Positions 1 to 12,439 of a stretch of 64,000 nt of DNA are shown one piece after another (the first letter of the stretch is position 1; every line of letters begins with the position of its first letter). The notes under the pieces are model-generated. The model saw nothing but the letters and a program-made list of their open reading frames with translations, had not been told where the DNA came from and made no database searches. The stretch is taken from the NCBI GenBank assembly GCA_951406725.2, contig OX597840.1, forward strand, positions 28,706,001 through 28,770,000, in the 5' to 3' direction. The translations under genes and the position numbers were made by a program. The DNA is from Octopus vulgaris. Its lineage: Eukaryota.

Positions 1-415
1 CACACACACACATAATACATGCGTATATTCCTACTGTACCCATGCATTTCTATACACATATACATACATACATACGATACACATATACAAGCGTGCACAT
101 ATAATATGTGAAAGGTCTTAGGAGAAAAGGTAACTCCCCAAATTGCATGCATAAGAAGTATGCGAACTACAAGAACTATAGACCTACCCGGCAACCTGAT
201 TGATGACAACCCCCCTACAAACCCCCCTACAACCCCCCCCTACAAACCCCCCCCAACCCCACTGTTCCCCTAGCACCCCCGATTACCTTTTCTCCTAAGA
301 CCTTTCACATATTATATGTGCACGCTTGTATATGTGTATCGTATGTATGTATGTATATGTGTATAGAAATGCATGGGTACAGTAGGAATATACGCATGTA
401 TTATGTGTGTGTGTG
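1..415. repeat. Long inverted repeat (arms 1-133 and 283-415) around a C-rich spacer
   Basis: 283-415 reads as the reverse complement of 1-133 (gtgaaaggtcttaggagaaaaggtaa / ttaccttttctcctaagacctttcac); the left arm runs off the window edge. Confidence 0.9.
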
Positions 416-463
416 TGTATGTATGCATGTAAAAAAATATATATGTATATATATTTGCATATG

Positions 464-494
<31 letters not shown>

Positions 495-815
495 GTATGT
501 GCTTGTATGTGTGTGTGTGTGTATATGTGTATATGTGTTTGTATGTATATGTGTATATATGTATATGCATATGTATGTGTAAATGTATGTGCTTATGTAT
601 GTGTATGTATGTATAAAATATTATATAATTAGGGCTTAGGAAAATAAAATAAATTACTTTGCCACATACTAAACTTTCTAGAAATAGCAGCCAATAAAGT
701 TTTTTAGCCTCTTCCACTACTTAGAGAATCTTTTTCCCTCTAACATTGTTTACTCAAAATAATAATGGTCCCTTTACATACTGAACACTTGAAATAACTT
801 TACCCTCCCTTGCTG

Positions 816-848
816 ATATATATATATACATATGTATATGTGTACATG

Positions 849-889
<41 letters not shown>

Positions 890-1149
890 ATGTGTGTATG
901 TATGTATTTGTATATGTGGGTGTGTATATGTATGTGTGCGCGTGTGTGTGTATGTATGTGTATGTATACTTGTATATGTATATGCATGAATGTATATATA
1001 TGTGTGTGTATATGTGTATTATGTATGTATTTATATAGATATGTAGTATATATATATATATATATATGTATGTATATGCATCTGTCTGTGTGTGTGTATG
1101 TGTATATATGTGTATCTTTTTTGCGTATGTATACATGTATATGTGTATA

Positions 1150-1207
<58 letters not shown>

Positions 1208-1347
1208 TATATATATATATATGCATACGTATGTGTATGTACATGTATATATGTATGTGTGTATATGTATATATGTTTATATATGTGAGTATGTAGTGAT
1301 ATAAGTATATGCATGTGTATGTATGGGTATGTGTATCAGTGTATATG

Positions 1348-1378
<31 letters not shown>

Positions 1379-1401
1379 GTATGTATATGTGTATATATGT
1401 A

Positions 1402-1438
<37 letters not shown>

Positions 1439-1501
1439 GTGTATATGTGTGTATGTATGTGTATGTGTATGTATGTGTATATATATCTATATATGTATAT
1501 A

Positions 1502-1543
<42 letters not shown>

Positions 1544-2330
1544 TGCGTGTGTGTATGTATGCATATATGTATGTATGCACGTATATGTGTATGTATATAT
1601 ATGTGTGTAAGTGTGTGCATATATGTATTTGTAAGTATGTGTGCGCGTATGAGTATGTATGTATGCTTGCATACGTGTATATATATGTGTGTGTGTGTAT
1701 ATATATGGATGCGCGTGCGTGTGTGCACGTGTATGGGTACGCATGTATATGTGTATGTGCGTGTATGCGTATACGTGTATGTATGTATGTGTGTGCGTAG
1801 ATTTGTATATGTATGTGTGAGTGTGTATATATATATATATATATATACATATATATAGATGGGTGTGTGTATGCGTATAAATGCATGTAAGTATGGATGT
1901 ATGGATGTATGTATGTATGTATACGTATGTATGTGTGTATGTGTGTATGTATATATATATGTGTGTATATATGTTTGTGTATGTATATATATGTGTATGT
2001 ATGTGTGTGTATATGTATGTGTGTATGTGTATGTATGTGTATATATATATATATATATATAGGTATGTATCTGTATGTAGGAGTATATATGTGTGTGTGT
2101 GTATGTATATGCGGGTATATATATATATGTATATATATGTATATTTATTGGTGTATATGTATAGACTAGCCTCCTATAGTGTAGACACGAATCTGTAGGT
2201 ACGAGTACGTATGTGTATATACGTGAACGTATGTAGATGTTTGTATGTATGAATATAACGCGTGTGTACGTGTATGTGTATGAGTGTACGAATGGGTGAA
2301 TGTACGTGCTAATGAGTGTGCGTGCGGGAA
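816..2330. repeat. Compound (TA)n/(TG)n/(TATG)n microsatellite
   Basis: Direct reading; source of the many Y/I/H/T/V/C/M-rich ORFs. Confidence 0.97.
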
Positions 2331-3005
2331 TGAGTACTTGCCTTCTAGTAGACAGACAAATGGACATGCAGCCATTGCCAGGATTCTTAGCCCTAGCGAT
2401 CAAAGATAACAAAAGTAATAAATGAAGATAATAAAATTAAAATTAGGGAAAGGGCCTGTATTGGATTGTATATATATATATATATGTATATGTATATTTG
2501 TATGTATGTATGTGTGTATGTGTAGGTATGTATATATATGTATATATATATGTGTGTATATATGTGTGTGTATATATATGTGTATGTATGTGTGTGTGTG
2601 TAGATACGTATACATGTGTGTATAGGTATAAGTGAGAATCTCCTTATTTACCTATAACTCTATCCCCCCTTTTTTTATATATATATTTTTATATATATAT
2701 TTTTTTTATATATATATTTTATATATTTTTTTATATATATTTTTTATATTTTTTATTTTTTTATTTTTTTTTTTTTATTTTTTATTTATTTTTTTATTTT
2801 TTATTTTTTATTTTTTATTTTTTATTTTTTATTTTTTATTTTTTTATTTTTTTATTTATCTATTCTTTCATCTAACTTACCACTGACTCCTTGACCACTC
2901 CCCCAAGTATGATATTTTGCGCTATGCCTACCCCCAAAAAGTCCCCCACCACCACTCCTTTAAACCTGCCTAAATGTATAAATGCTAATACAATTCTTGT
3001 TAAAT

Positions 3006-3056
3006 AGCTTCCTGAAGATTTCTCTTGAATGAAACAGTACTAGTCCTGTAGAAGCT
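3006..3056 (+). ncRNA. Minimal type-I hammerhead ribozyme motif in a Penelope-like terminal segment (~2880-3142)
   Basis: agcttc-CTGAAGA-tttctcttgaat-GAAA-cagtactagtcctg-TA-gaagct: 6-bp stem I, intact core, near-palindromic stem III; first stem II pair is U-U. Confidence 0.75.
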
Positions 3057-3139
3057 CCTTCTATATAATAAATTAATTTTACTCTGCTATGTATTGAGTA
3101 CCTTACTTACTGTGGTTAACCCCGAATCAACCCGGGACC

Positions 3140-3175
<36 letters not shown>

Positions 3176-3178
<3 letters not shown>

Positions 3179-3410
3179 GTGTGTGTGTGTGTATGTTTGT
3201 GTGTTGTGTTTGCCTTCCTCCCCCAACATCGCTTGACAACCGATGCTGGTGTGTTTACGTCCCCGTAGCTTAGCGGTTCGGCAAAAGAGACTGATAGAAT
3301 AAGTACTACGCTTACAAAGAATAAGTCCTGGGGTCGATTTCCTCGACTAAAAGCAGTGCTCCAGCATGGCCGCAGTCAAATAACTGAAACAAGTAAAAGA
3401 GTAGAGTAAG
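3176..3410 (+). mobile_element. SINE family A, 3' half
   Basis: catcgcttgacaaccgatgctggtgtgtttacgtcccc...ctgaaacaagtaaaagag, recurring more than 12 times in the window. Confidence 0.85.
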
Positions 3411-4071
3411 AGTATAGAAATGAAAAGTGTTGCTGAAGAGGTCACAGATGTGTGATGAAAGATTTCCGGACAATGAACAGGTGTCAAAATAAAATAACGG
3501 TAATAAACGAATGAAGAAAAAAAATATAGTGTATGTGTGATCATCTTTTTAACCTGATCATTATTTTTTTGGGGGGAGGTGGGGTCCATGTAGCTCTGGT
3601 CCACCCGTTCCATCTCTCTTTGAGCCCAGAACCGGTGTGGTTGGGAAGCAAACTGCTTACCACACTACTGTACTTGCACCTATACAGTACTTTGATATTT
3701 ATTTTTACTCATGTTACATAGTTTTTTAAACTCCTTTTAATCCCATTCTTGAAACCAGTTTAACCCTGAATATAACTTCCTGACAAATAAACTCTTTTCA
3801 CGTATCATTTCAGATACCTTTGATGGAGCACACCTTCTGAATTCTTCAACGCCTTAGATGACCATGTGAGGGACCCCGTTATCTGCGATATTAAATTATT
3901 CTTCACCTGTCCAACTGATTGGATAGGATAAAAAGAAAAGAAACAAGTTGTTAATTGTCTACAACACTCGGAGACAAGACAGAGGCCATCTGGCTTATAT
4001 TGGATATCTTTTGCTGTGTGATTCCTATTTTTTATTTGTGTTTTTGTGTCTCTGTGCATACACCCACCCCC

Positions 4072-4110
<39 letters not shown>

Positions 4111-4206
4111 TGGAGTAAACACATAAATGTGAAACAAGGTGGAAAAAGAGTACTCAAATACCAGTGGTAGAGTAATATGCTTTATTTAAAGCAGCAGAAA
4201 ATTCAA

Positions 4207-4256
4207 CAAAACCTGTTACTCTGAGTTTCACGTTCCCGTTCGTCGGGCAGTTTTTG
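4207..4256 (-). ncRNA. Degenerate hammerhead motif in a Penelope-like fragment (~4108-4258) inside (TA)n
   Basis: Minus strand aaaactgc-CCGACGA-acgggaacgt-GAAA-ctcagag-TA-acaggtttt; core U4 changed to C. Confidence 0.6.
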
Positions 4257-4295
<39 letters not shown>

Positions 4296-4423
4296 CATAC
4301 ATCCATACATATTCATTGATATACATACATACTTACATATATTTATATTTATTCATATATATATATATTTATATTTATTCATATAGATATATATATATAT
4401 ATGTTTGTCAAAAAGCCCTAGTG

Positions 4424-5507
4424 ATGGCTCAATTAAACAACATGTTGGCTCTCGTTAATGTGTTCTATGAAGCTATTAGTAATAACGATGCCGAGAGGGT
4501 TGAAGCCATTCTGAAATACTGTCGCGAGAACCACTGCTGTTACTATCTGGATCTAGATAAGGCGGTCTGTGTAGCGGCTCGCAATGGTGCTACGACTGTT
4601 GTGGAGATGATAATTCTCGGATCACGGCCCTTGCCTTCCCTAATCCATACAGACGAGACGGGTAAGAAAGCCATTCACCATGCTGTGTTAAATGGCAGTT
4701 TGGAACTGGTGAAAATTTTGACCAGGAATGGCTCTGTTCTCAATCGATGCGACTCCGAAGGACAGACCCCTTTATTGCTAGCATGCAACTGTGGGTTCAC
4801 AGACATTGTTCGTTTCCTGATTAGCGAGGGGTCGCATGTAAACCTTTCTCGTAACCACAATGACGAGAGAGCCCTCCACATCGCAGCCGGTGCTGGTCAC
4901 ATTGAGGTGGTCAGGGTTCTGTTGGAAGAGAGCCGAGCAAATATAGAAATTCAAACTCTGTTACTTCAAGGAGGGATGACCCCCTTGCATAAAGCTGTAA
5001 GGAATGGACACCTCGATGTCGTTAGGTACCTGTGCGAAAAAGGTGCTAATGTCGAGGCACGCGATGTTGATAACAAAAGACCGATTCACATGGCCATAGA
5101 CACTGATGCTCCGCAGATTCTCCAGGTTCTCATTGACAACAATGTCGACGTCAATGCTACAGATAAATTCGGTTCATCGCCGCTGCATTATGCCATTCAA
5201 ATAAAGAGTTTGGAAATGGTAAAAATGCTTTTGGAAACGGAGAGGGTAAGCTTAAACCAGCCTAACAGAAGAGGAGATTATCCCTTACATCTAGCCGTCG
5301 CTCGCAGATCTGAAGCCATCACCTTAGAATTGGTAAAAGCTGGTTGCAATATTCATGTGGTATCACCGAACCATGAAACACCATTGCTGCAGGCAGCATC
5401 TATCGGTAGCTACGTGATTGTTGACATTTTGCTGCGACAGGGTGCAAATGTTAATGCGCAGAGCAATGATCGGCTGACGGCATTGCACAAGATACAGTAT
5501 GCACGGT
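4424..5507 (+). CDS. Ankyrin repeat and SOCS box (ASB-like) protein, coding exon 1 (about 9-10 ankyrin repeats)
   Basis: MAQLNN... with repeated TPLH/ALH-x-A...G...LL..GA motifs; donor GCACGGT|gtaagt at 5508, phase 1. The ATG at 4424 is inferred; the ORF-track N-terminus is (TA)n. Confidence 0.92.
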
Positions 5508-5611
5508 GTAAGTATTTTCGAATTATCTTTTTTCCCCTCCATTTTGATTCCAACTTTTTTTCTGTCACCTGATTTGTCATTAAGTTCTGATTGAGCATAT
5601 CTATTCATCCC

Positions 5612-5840
5612 CATCATCATCATCATCATAATCACCACTATCTTTATCATCATCATCATCATAATCACCACTATCTTTATCATCATCATCATCATCATCA
5701 TCAACATCATCATCATCACAATCACCACTATCTTTATCATCATCATCATCATCATCATCATCACCATCACCATCATCACCACCACCATCATCATCATCAT
5801 CTTCATCATCATCATCATCATCTTCATCATCATCATCACC

Positions 5841-5887
<47 letters not shown>

Positions 5888-6005
5888 TATCTTCTTCTTC
5901 ATCATCATCATCATCACAATCACCACTATCTTTATCATCATCATCATCATCCTCCTCATCACCATCACCATCATCACCACCACCATCATCATCATCATCA
6001 TCACC

Positions 6006-6039
<34 letters not shown>

Positions 6040-6136
6040 CCATCATCATCATCTTCATCATCATCATCATCATCATCACCACTATCTTTATCATCATCCT
6101 CCTCCTCCTCCTCCTCCTCATCATCATCATTATCAT
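5612..6136 (+). repeat. (CAT)n/(CAC)n trinucleotide tract near the intron 1 donor
   Basis: Direct reading; gives the poly-His, poly-Asp and poly-Met ORFs. Confidence 0.97.
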
Positions 6137-6221
6137 AAACACACACACATACACATACTATTTTATTGAGGCTGAAGAAAACTTCCACAAGCTGTTACTC
6201 AGATTTTCCTGTAACTCTTCA

Positions 6222-6272
6222 TCACAACTGTCTCATGAATGTTTGCGTGAAACTCTGAGTAACAGGTTGTGA
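6222..6272 (+). ncRNA. Hammerhead motif with mutated core, same family as 4207-4256
   Basis: tcacaactgt-CTCATGA-atgtttgcgt-GAAA-ctctgag-TA-acaggttgtga; G5 changed to C. Confidence 0.6.
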
Positions 6273-6399
6273 AGTTTTTGTTTTACTTGGTGTGTAATAA
6301 AACAGCATTTTAGTCTAAATTTGGGGGATTTGAGTACGAGTTTTAACACCTTGCTTTGCCCTTAGGTGCCTTCTTCTGCATGTATGTATATATAAATAT

Positions 6400-6948
6400 G
6401 ACAATTCAAAAATAAAGATAAAATCTTTATAAGAAATTATCAGTAGTTAGCGTGAAAAACCTCGTAAGAGAAAAAATCTGCAATTTTTTTCACTTTGAAA
6501 ATATTTATTTATATTATATAGAGGGTACTATTATTCATAGGTACCGCACGCTAGGAGGGACTTTTGCAGTCAAAACTACTAAAATAAACAAATTGTACCG
6601 AATGCAAAACTTCAAAGCAAGTCATTTAAAATCAGAATTTAGTTACATATCACCTGTGATTTCGCAATCAATGCAGAATATGCATTCTATGCTCTTCAGT
6701 GCAACGAACTCAAGACATATAAGAAAAAACACAACATCACATACCCGACAGCCAACCGTAGAATTCGCCGCAGCATGTACGAATGTTTATCTTTACATAT
6801 CTATGAAAATGGCGGGCTTATTCGCAATGCATTTCGGTAACAACTTGCCTACTCGGAACAAAAATTCAGTATTGAACTATTCTGGTGAAAAATATAAATT
6901 TAAAAATAAGGATAAAATCTTTATAAGAAATTATCAGTAGTTAGCGTG
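6400..6948 (-). mobile_element. Penelope-like non-coding element with ~50-bp terminal direct repeat and internal hammerhead
   Basis: aaaataa(a/g)gataaaatctttataagaaattatcagtagttagcgtg at about 6409 and 6902; related copy at 25805-26180. Confidence 0.65.
6642..6705 (-). ncRNA. Type-I hammerhead ribozyme, intact core
   Basis: Minus strand gttgca-CTGAAGA-gca[loop]tgc-GAAA-tcac-ag-gtga-TA-tgtaac; all three stems pair. Confidence 0.8.
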
Positions 6949-7314
6949 GGTAGAACTAATGGTCATCACATATTTTACCTTTATTGGAGTGACTTTGACT
7001 TAAAGCTGTTCCCAGTTGTCATTAGAGAATCATTATTGATAGGTTTACTCAGTTGGCAAATTGAATCAGTTGAGGAAAATATGTGGAGTTCTTTACTAAT
7101 CCAAGCAATATTGTTAACCTGGTGTAGTAACAAAGGGCTTATAATATATTTTGCCCAGATTGATAATCTCTCACTAATAACTCTGTTTATATATATATAT
7201 ATATATATATATAGTTAATCCAAACAAGAAAACACAAAGAGAAAACACAACAACGCGAGGACGTTGAACAAGTATAGTATTATTGGACGCTCAGGAAAGA
7301 AGGAGGGTTTAACG

Positions 7315-7680
7315 CTCAAATGGTGCTTTTTATGTGCCACCTGCACAGGAGCCAGTCCAGTGGCACTGACAACGACCTCACTCAAATGTTTCTTACAAGT
7401 GCCAGTAAGGCGACGCAGGTAATGATCACACTTGAATGGTGCATTTTATGTGCCATCGGCACGGAGGCCAGCTTGTTGCTCTGGCAACAATCACGCTCGT
7501 ATGGCACTCTTAGCGCTCCACTAGCACGGATGCTAGTCATCGATTTCGATTTCACTTGCCTCAACAGGTCTTCACAAGCAGAGTTTAGTGTCCAAATGAA
7601 GGAAAGGTACGCATTATATAAGTGGGCTGGTTACACCCCTGGCATAGGCCACGGGTTATGGTTTCATTTACTTCACTCAT
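7315..7680 (-). mobile_element. Repeat family B fragment
   Basis: Reverse complement of the gtggcac(g/a)taaaaagcacc modules seen at 15555, 19460 and 21000. Confidence 0.75.
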
Positions 7681-7714
7681 TGGGGATCTTTTGTACGCTG
7701 ACAATTGCGATCTT

Positions 7715-8757
7715 CTCAGTCATTCTGAAACAGGTCTGCAATTCGTTCGTTTACCTTGGAAGCTCTGTTCAAAATGATGGAAATCTTGATACAGAAATAG
7801 ATCTGCGAATTCAAAGGGCAGCAAAAGCATTTGGTGGCTTGGAGTCCCGCGTTTGGTGCCAGCAACATATAAATAAGAATGCAAAGCTGTCTCTTTACAA
7901 ATCATTTATCTTGCCATCCCTGTTGTATTCCTGTGAAACTTGGACTTGTTATGAAAGGCATTTTAAACTGTTAGAACAATTCCACCAAAAATGCCTTCAT
8001 CGCAAATTAAATGGAGTTCTTTTACTCCAAACACAGATGTCCTTACATCTGCAGGTATCGCCTCAATTAAAGCTATGATTTTGAGGAACCAATTGAGATG
8101 GTCTAACCATATTGTTCGAATGGCAGATGAATGCATGCTGAAACAGCTCTTTTATGGTGAACTTGCAGAAGGGAAACGCTATCAACGTAAACCTAAAAAA
8201 AGGTTTAAGGATAGCATAAGGAGTGCTATGAAGTCACTAGGAATGGTTCCAGAAGATATAGAAACCCTTGCTTCAGATCAAGTTGGATAGCGAACAAAGG
8301 TGTGGAGTGGAGTGAAAGTATTTGAATTGCCAGGATAACACAAATAAGACTCAAAAGAGATCTAAGGCAGAATGTAACAATTGAGAAGGTGAATGACAAT
8401 GACATTTTTGTGTGCACAGTCTGTGACAGATCACACCTGTCTGGCCTCAAATCTCATCTGCGAACGCATGGTAAACAAACCTCCACCAACTATTCTGCCT
8501 ATATGTCTGTGCACACCTTTGAACACAGTGTATGCCAGAAGGTTTGCAAATCCAATGGAGGCCTCAAGAGACATTTTAAGATCCACAAAGATGAGAACCT
8601 AACTGCAGTTCTTGGTGGTCCAAATTGGAGGTGCAATGTATGTGGGTGTCTTTTCAGAAAATTGTCTAGTTTAAAAAGCCACATCAGATGCCATGATGAT
8701 GCTAAGGTGTAGGTACAGGAGGAGGTCAAACTCTGCATAAGAAGTAGACAACCACCA
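7715..8757 (+). mobile_element. 5'-truncated, frameshifted RTE-clade LINE: RT C-terminus plus C2H2-like zinc fingers
   Basis: FVYLGS, RIQRAAKAFGGL, LLYSCETWT, QLRWSNHIVRM, LFYGEL..GKR, then CxxC...HxxxH motifs at 8389-8712. Confidence 0.88.
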
Positions 8758-8945
8758 TATATGTATATGTATGCGCAGGAGTGGCTGTGTGGTAAGTAGC
8801 TTGTTTACCAACCACATGGTTCTGGGTTCAGTCCCACTGCATGGCACCTTTGGCAAGTGTCTTTTACTATAGCCTCGGGCCGACCAAAGCCTTGTGAGTG
8901 GATTTGGTAGACGGAAACTGAAAGAAGCCCGTTGTATATATATAT

Positions 8946-9350
8946 CATCATCATCATCATCATCATCATCGTTTAACGTCCGCTTTCCGCGCTAGCACGG
9001 GTTGGACGGTTTGACCGGGTCTGGGAAGCCAGGGGCCGCACCAGGCTCCAGTCTGAATCTGGCAGAGTTTCTACGGCTGGATGCCCTTCCTAACGCCAAC
9101 CACTCCGTGAGTGGATTGGGTGCTTTTTACGTGCCACCTGCACAGGGGCCGGAGGGTCCGGCATCGTCACGATCGGTTCGAGCATTTTAACGTGTCAGCG
9201 GCACGGGGGCAACGAGGTCCGGGGTACTTTGGGGATCGGGGTACTTTGGGGATCCAGGGTACTTTGGGGATCCGGGGGTACTTAGAATGGGTAGGGGGTA
9301 TGTGGAATTGCTGCAGAAAGCAGCCCGGGTCTTTGTAGTCACAGCATTTA
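8946..9350 (-). mobile_element. Repeat family B (SINE/LINE-tail type) with (GAT)n tail
   Basis: Reverse complement of ttggcgttaggaagggcatccagc...ggaaagcggacgttaaacgatgatg. Confidence 0.8.
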
Positions 9351-9898
9351 TCGTCACTGAGTAACGTAATTAGGTAGAGGAAAGAAATACAGATATTCTA
9401 GAGTTGAGTTGGGGAGGGGGGTCCAGTTGAGGCGGGTAATATAGGGGAGCAACCAGTGGGAAGGTTGGGGTAAGGAGGAACGATGGCAGGAAGGGTTGGT
9501 GTAGGTTCCTAAGAAATAAAAACGTAGGATATTACGAGGCGGGAGGGTACTAAAGGGGATGGTCGGAATGAGGCAGTGTCAGGAGGAAGTGTAAGATCGG
9601 TGGGCAGTTGATGAGCTATGGCGCTAGCAGCTTGTCTTTTCACAGTGAAAGCATATGAGGAGAAGGGGTAGTGGGGGGAGGAGGAGGGAGTAGGGCGTAC
9701 CCGGTGTAGATGAGTAAGGCATATCCGGTGTAGATGGTGAGAACTGGGTATACTGGTATTGGTGGTGGGGGGTGAGAACAGTGTTCACCGGTATTGGTGG
9801 TGGTGGCGGTGAGAACAGTGTTCACCGGTATTGGTGGTGGGGGTGAGAACAATGTTCATCGGTATTGGTGGTGGGGGTGGGGGCGGGCGCACCGCCAC

Positions 9899-10349
9899 TG
9901 GCGGAAAGATGGGAAGAGATGGGATTACGGCTTGAGGCAGCCTAAGGTTAAATTTTGTAGAGAGAGATAGGAAAGATAAATCAAGTTATGGCGAAGGCTT
10001 GAAAGTAGCCTAAAAGGTTAAATTTTCGTAACAGTGTATGAATAAACGTAGTAACAACAAATAAAAAAAGAGTAAGATAAATTTTTAAGAACTTGCTGCG
10101 GGCATCGACCAGGAGTTGAAATTGAAGAAGAAAGTAAGTTGAATTGGCGGAAAGATGGGAAGAGATGGGATTACGGCTTGAGGCAGCCTAAGGTTAAATT
10201 TTGTAGAGAGAGAGATAGGAAAGATAAATCAAGTTATGGCGAAGGCTTGAAAGTAGCCTAAAAGGTTAAATTTTCGTAACAGTGTATGAATAAACGTAGT
10301 AACAACAAATAAAAAAAGAGTAAGATAAATTTTTAAGAACTTGCTGCGG
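9899..10349. repeat. Direct duplication of ~203 bp (9899-10101 and 10145-10349)
   Basis: Near-identical copies differing by one AG unit. Confidence 0.92.
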
Positions 10350-10833
10350 TGTGTGCGTGTATGTTTGTGTGTCTGTGTTTTTCCCCCCTAGCATTGCTTG
10401 ACAACCGATGCTGGTGTGTTTATGTCCCCGTTAATTAGCGGTTCAGCAAAAAGAGACCGATAGAATAAGTACTGGGCTTACAAAAGAATAAGTCCCGGGG
10501 TCGAGTTGCTCGATTAAAGGCGGTGCTCCAGCATGGCCACAGTCAAATGACTGAAACAAGTAAAAGAGTAAAGAGTATATATCTGTCTGTCTGTCTAAAC
10601 TTTTAGCTGTAATATTCCCAGTCATTGTTAATTTAGTTTGACAAATTGATTCAATGAGATGTAGCATAGTAATGTGTTTGTACCATCTCTGGTTGTTTGG
10701 TTGTTTGGCAGGTGATTGATAGATGCTTTTAAATTGCTATTTTTACTTGATCAACAGTATATATATAGCATCTGTGGAGCATTAAGAGTACAGACGGCTT
10801 ATCTGTCTGTCTGTCTCTCTCTCTATCTATCTA

Positions 10834-10868
<35 letters not shown>

Positions 10869-11389
10869 TTCTTCCTACCTACCTACCCACCTTCCTACCT
10901 TCCTACCTACCTACCTACTCACCTACCTCCCTCTCTCTGGCTAATTGATCATCAACTTTTTCAAGTACCACTTGAAAAAGGTGAGAATGGAGAGGCAGGG
11001 TTTGTCTCGTGAAAGTTTCAAAAAAAGGTGGTGTGTGTGAGTGATGAAACCACTTTGAGCATAATCCTGTAAATCAGAAAGAGAGAGAGAGAGAGAGAGA
11101 GAGCACTTTGCTCTCATGTGTTTATTCCCTCTCTGCCCGAGGTTCCCGCGACCTTTTCCATAGGCTTTTCTTTCCACAGAAAAACCTAATCTTACTTCTT
11201 ACATTTTAAAAATTTCTTCTGTGATACACAATCCCTTTTGACCGCCTTTTTTTTTTACCCCAACTCCTTTTGATCGGAATTTTACTTATTTTCTCCCTTT
11301 TTTCCCTTTTTCTTTTTCATTTTCAAAAAGAAAAGCTCCACACTTGTATTTGTCCCCTCTGTGTTCAGCCCTGGGTGGCCAATAAAGTT

Positions 11390-11469
<80 letters not shown>

Positions 11470-11593
11470 ATTCAAATAGAGGTTATATTGGCCTCATGAA
11501 GGGATGGTATCATCTGAGAAAATACTGGTTCAATACCTAATATTTTTGGGGTGAGGTTAATATCCATAAAATAATAGGTTTATATATAAATCA

Positions 11594-11964
11594 TCTCTAT
11601 ATATATAACGGCAAAATGTCTGTCTGTGTGTGTGTGAATCCTTTATACAAATCCACAATTTTTCAGTTAGAGGGCTTGCACTTTCTATGGTCATTCAAAA
11701 CCGTCCAAGGGTGGTCGTGCACATCTTTACATTTCCCCAGTCATCCCGCAAAGCCATTAAAAAACCAATAGAAGTGACTTTTTTGTGAATTTTCTATCCA
11801 AAACCCAATCAAAATGCCCGAAACTTGATACGCCAATTGAATGCCAGCTAGCTGTATGTGATTGGTCGGAGACTTGGACAGTACTCGTGTGTATGTGCGC
11901 ACGCACGCAGCTGTATATGCATGCACTAGCACTATGACCTGGCAACGCCGGGTCATAGTGCTAG
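11594..11964 (+). mobile_element. Non-autonomous Helitron-like element
   Basis: A|TC start, terminal hairpin, CTAG|T end, no TSD; second copy at 13820-14195. Confidence 0.8.
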
Positions 11965-12048
11965 TGGTTTATAATTGTGCAAATGAGCAATAAGAAACTA
12001 GATATTAAAGTTAATAAGAGTTTATTATCAGCAAAACATTGATCATTA

Positions 12049-12128
12049 TTCCTTACAGCTGTTTCGATTAATTTTAGTGAAGTTAACTATTAAAATCATA
12101 TTTCTGAACTTAATCTCTTCAGAGGGAA
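12049..12128 (-). ncRNA. Type-I hammerhead ribozyme, intact core, long stem II loop
   Basis: Minus strand ttccct-CTGAAGA-gattaa[loop]ttaatc-GAAA-cagctg-TA-aggaa; stem III palindromic. Confidence 0.75.
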
Positions 12129-12439
12129 AAAGAAGGCACCCTTATATATTTTGTGTGTTAGTTTTTTGGATCATCATGGCAGACTGAATAATACTGTTTA
12201 TGATTAGTAATGGTGTTTGTCTAGGCGAGGGGGTGAGCTGTAGTATGCAAATATAATTAGGGTAATGAAGAGTAAATAGAGATTAAAGAGAAATTACAAT
12301 GTGAGGAAAGCAGAATATGAATGAGGGGAGGAATTAAATTAGATTTGTAAGTGAGAAACAGAATTAAGAAAAACTTATCTCTGTATATAATTACTCATTC
12401 TTGCTATCGACACGATCATACATTCATCTGTTAATTCAG

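Larger units (their letters stand above)
8773..10577 (+). mobile_element. SINE family A split by a nested insertion (5' half 8773-8937, 3' half 10350-10577)
   Basis: tRNA-like head with A box tggctgtgtgg and B box ggttcagtccc; halves match the intact copy at 39797-40202. Confidence 0.85.

Noticed and set aside
295-2886. Many long overlapping ORFs rich in Y/I/H/T/V/C/M (also at 12-13, 35-36, 43, 49-51, 57-58 and 61 kb)
   Set aside because: Translations of stop-free dinucleotide and tetranucleotide microsatellites.
4316-5572. 418-aa single-exon ankyrin gene as in the ORF track
   Set aside because: The N-terminus is (TA)n and the tail after 5507 is intron; a canonical donor and in-phase downstream exons explain it better.
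5363-6188. Poly-His, poly-Asp and poly-Met proteins (also 21937-22326 and 46388-46897)
   Set aside because: (CAT)n/(GAT)n tracts with no coding context.
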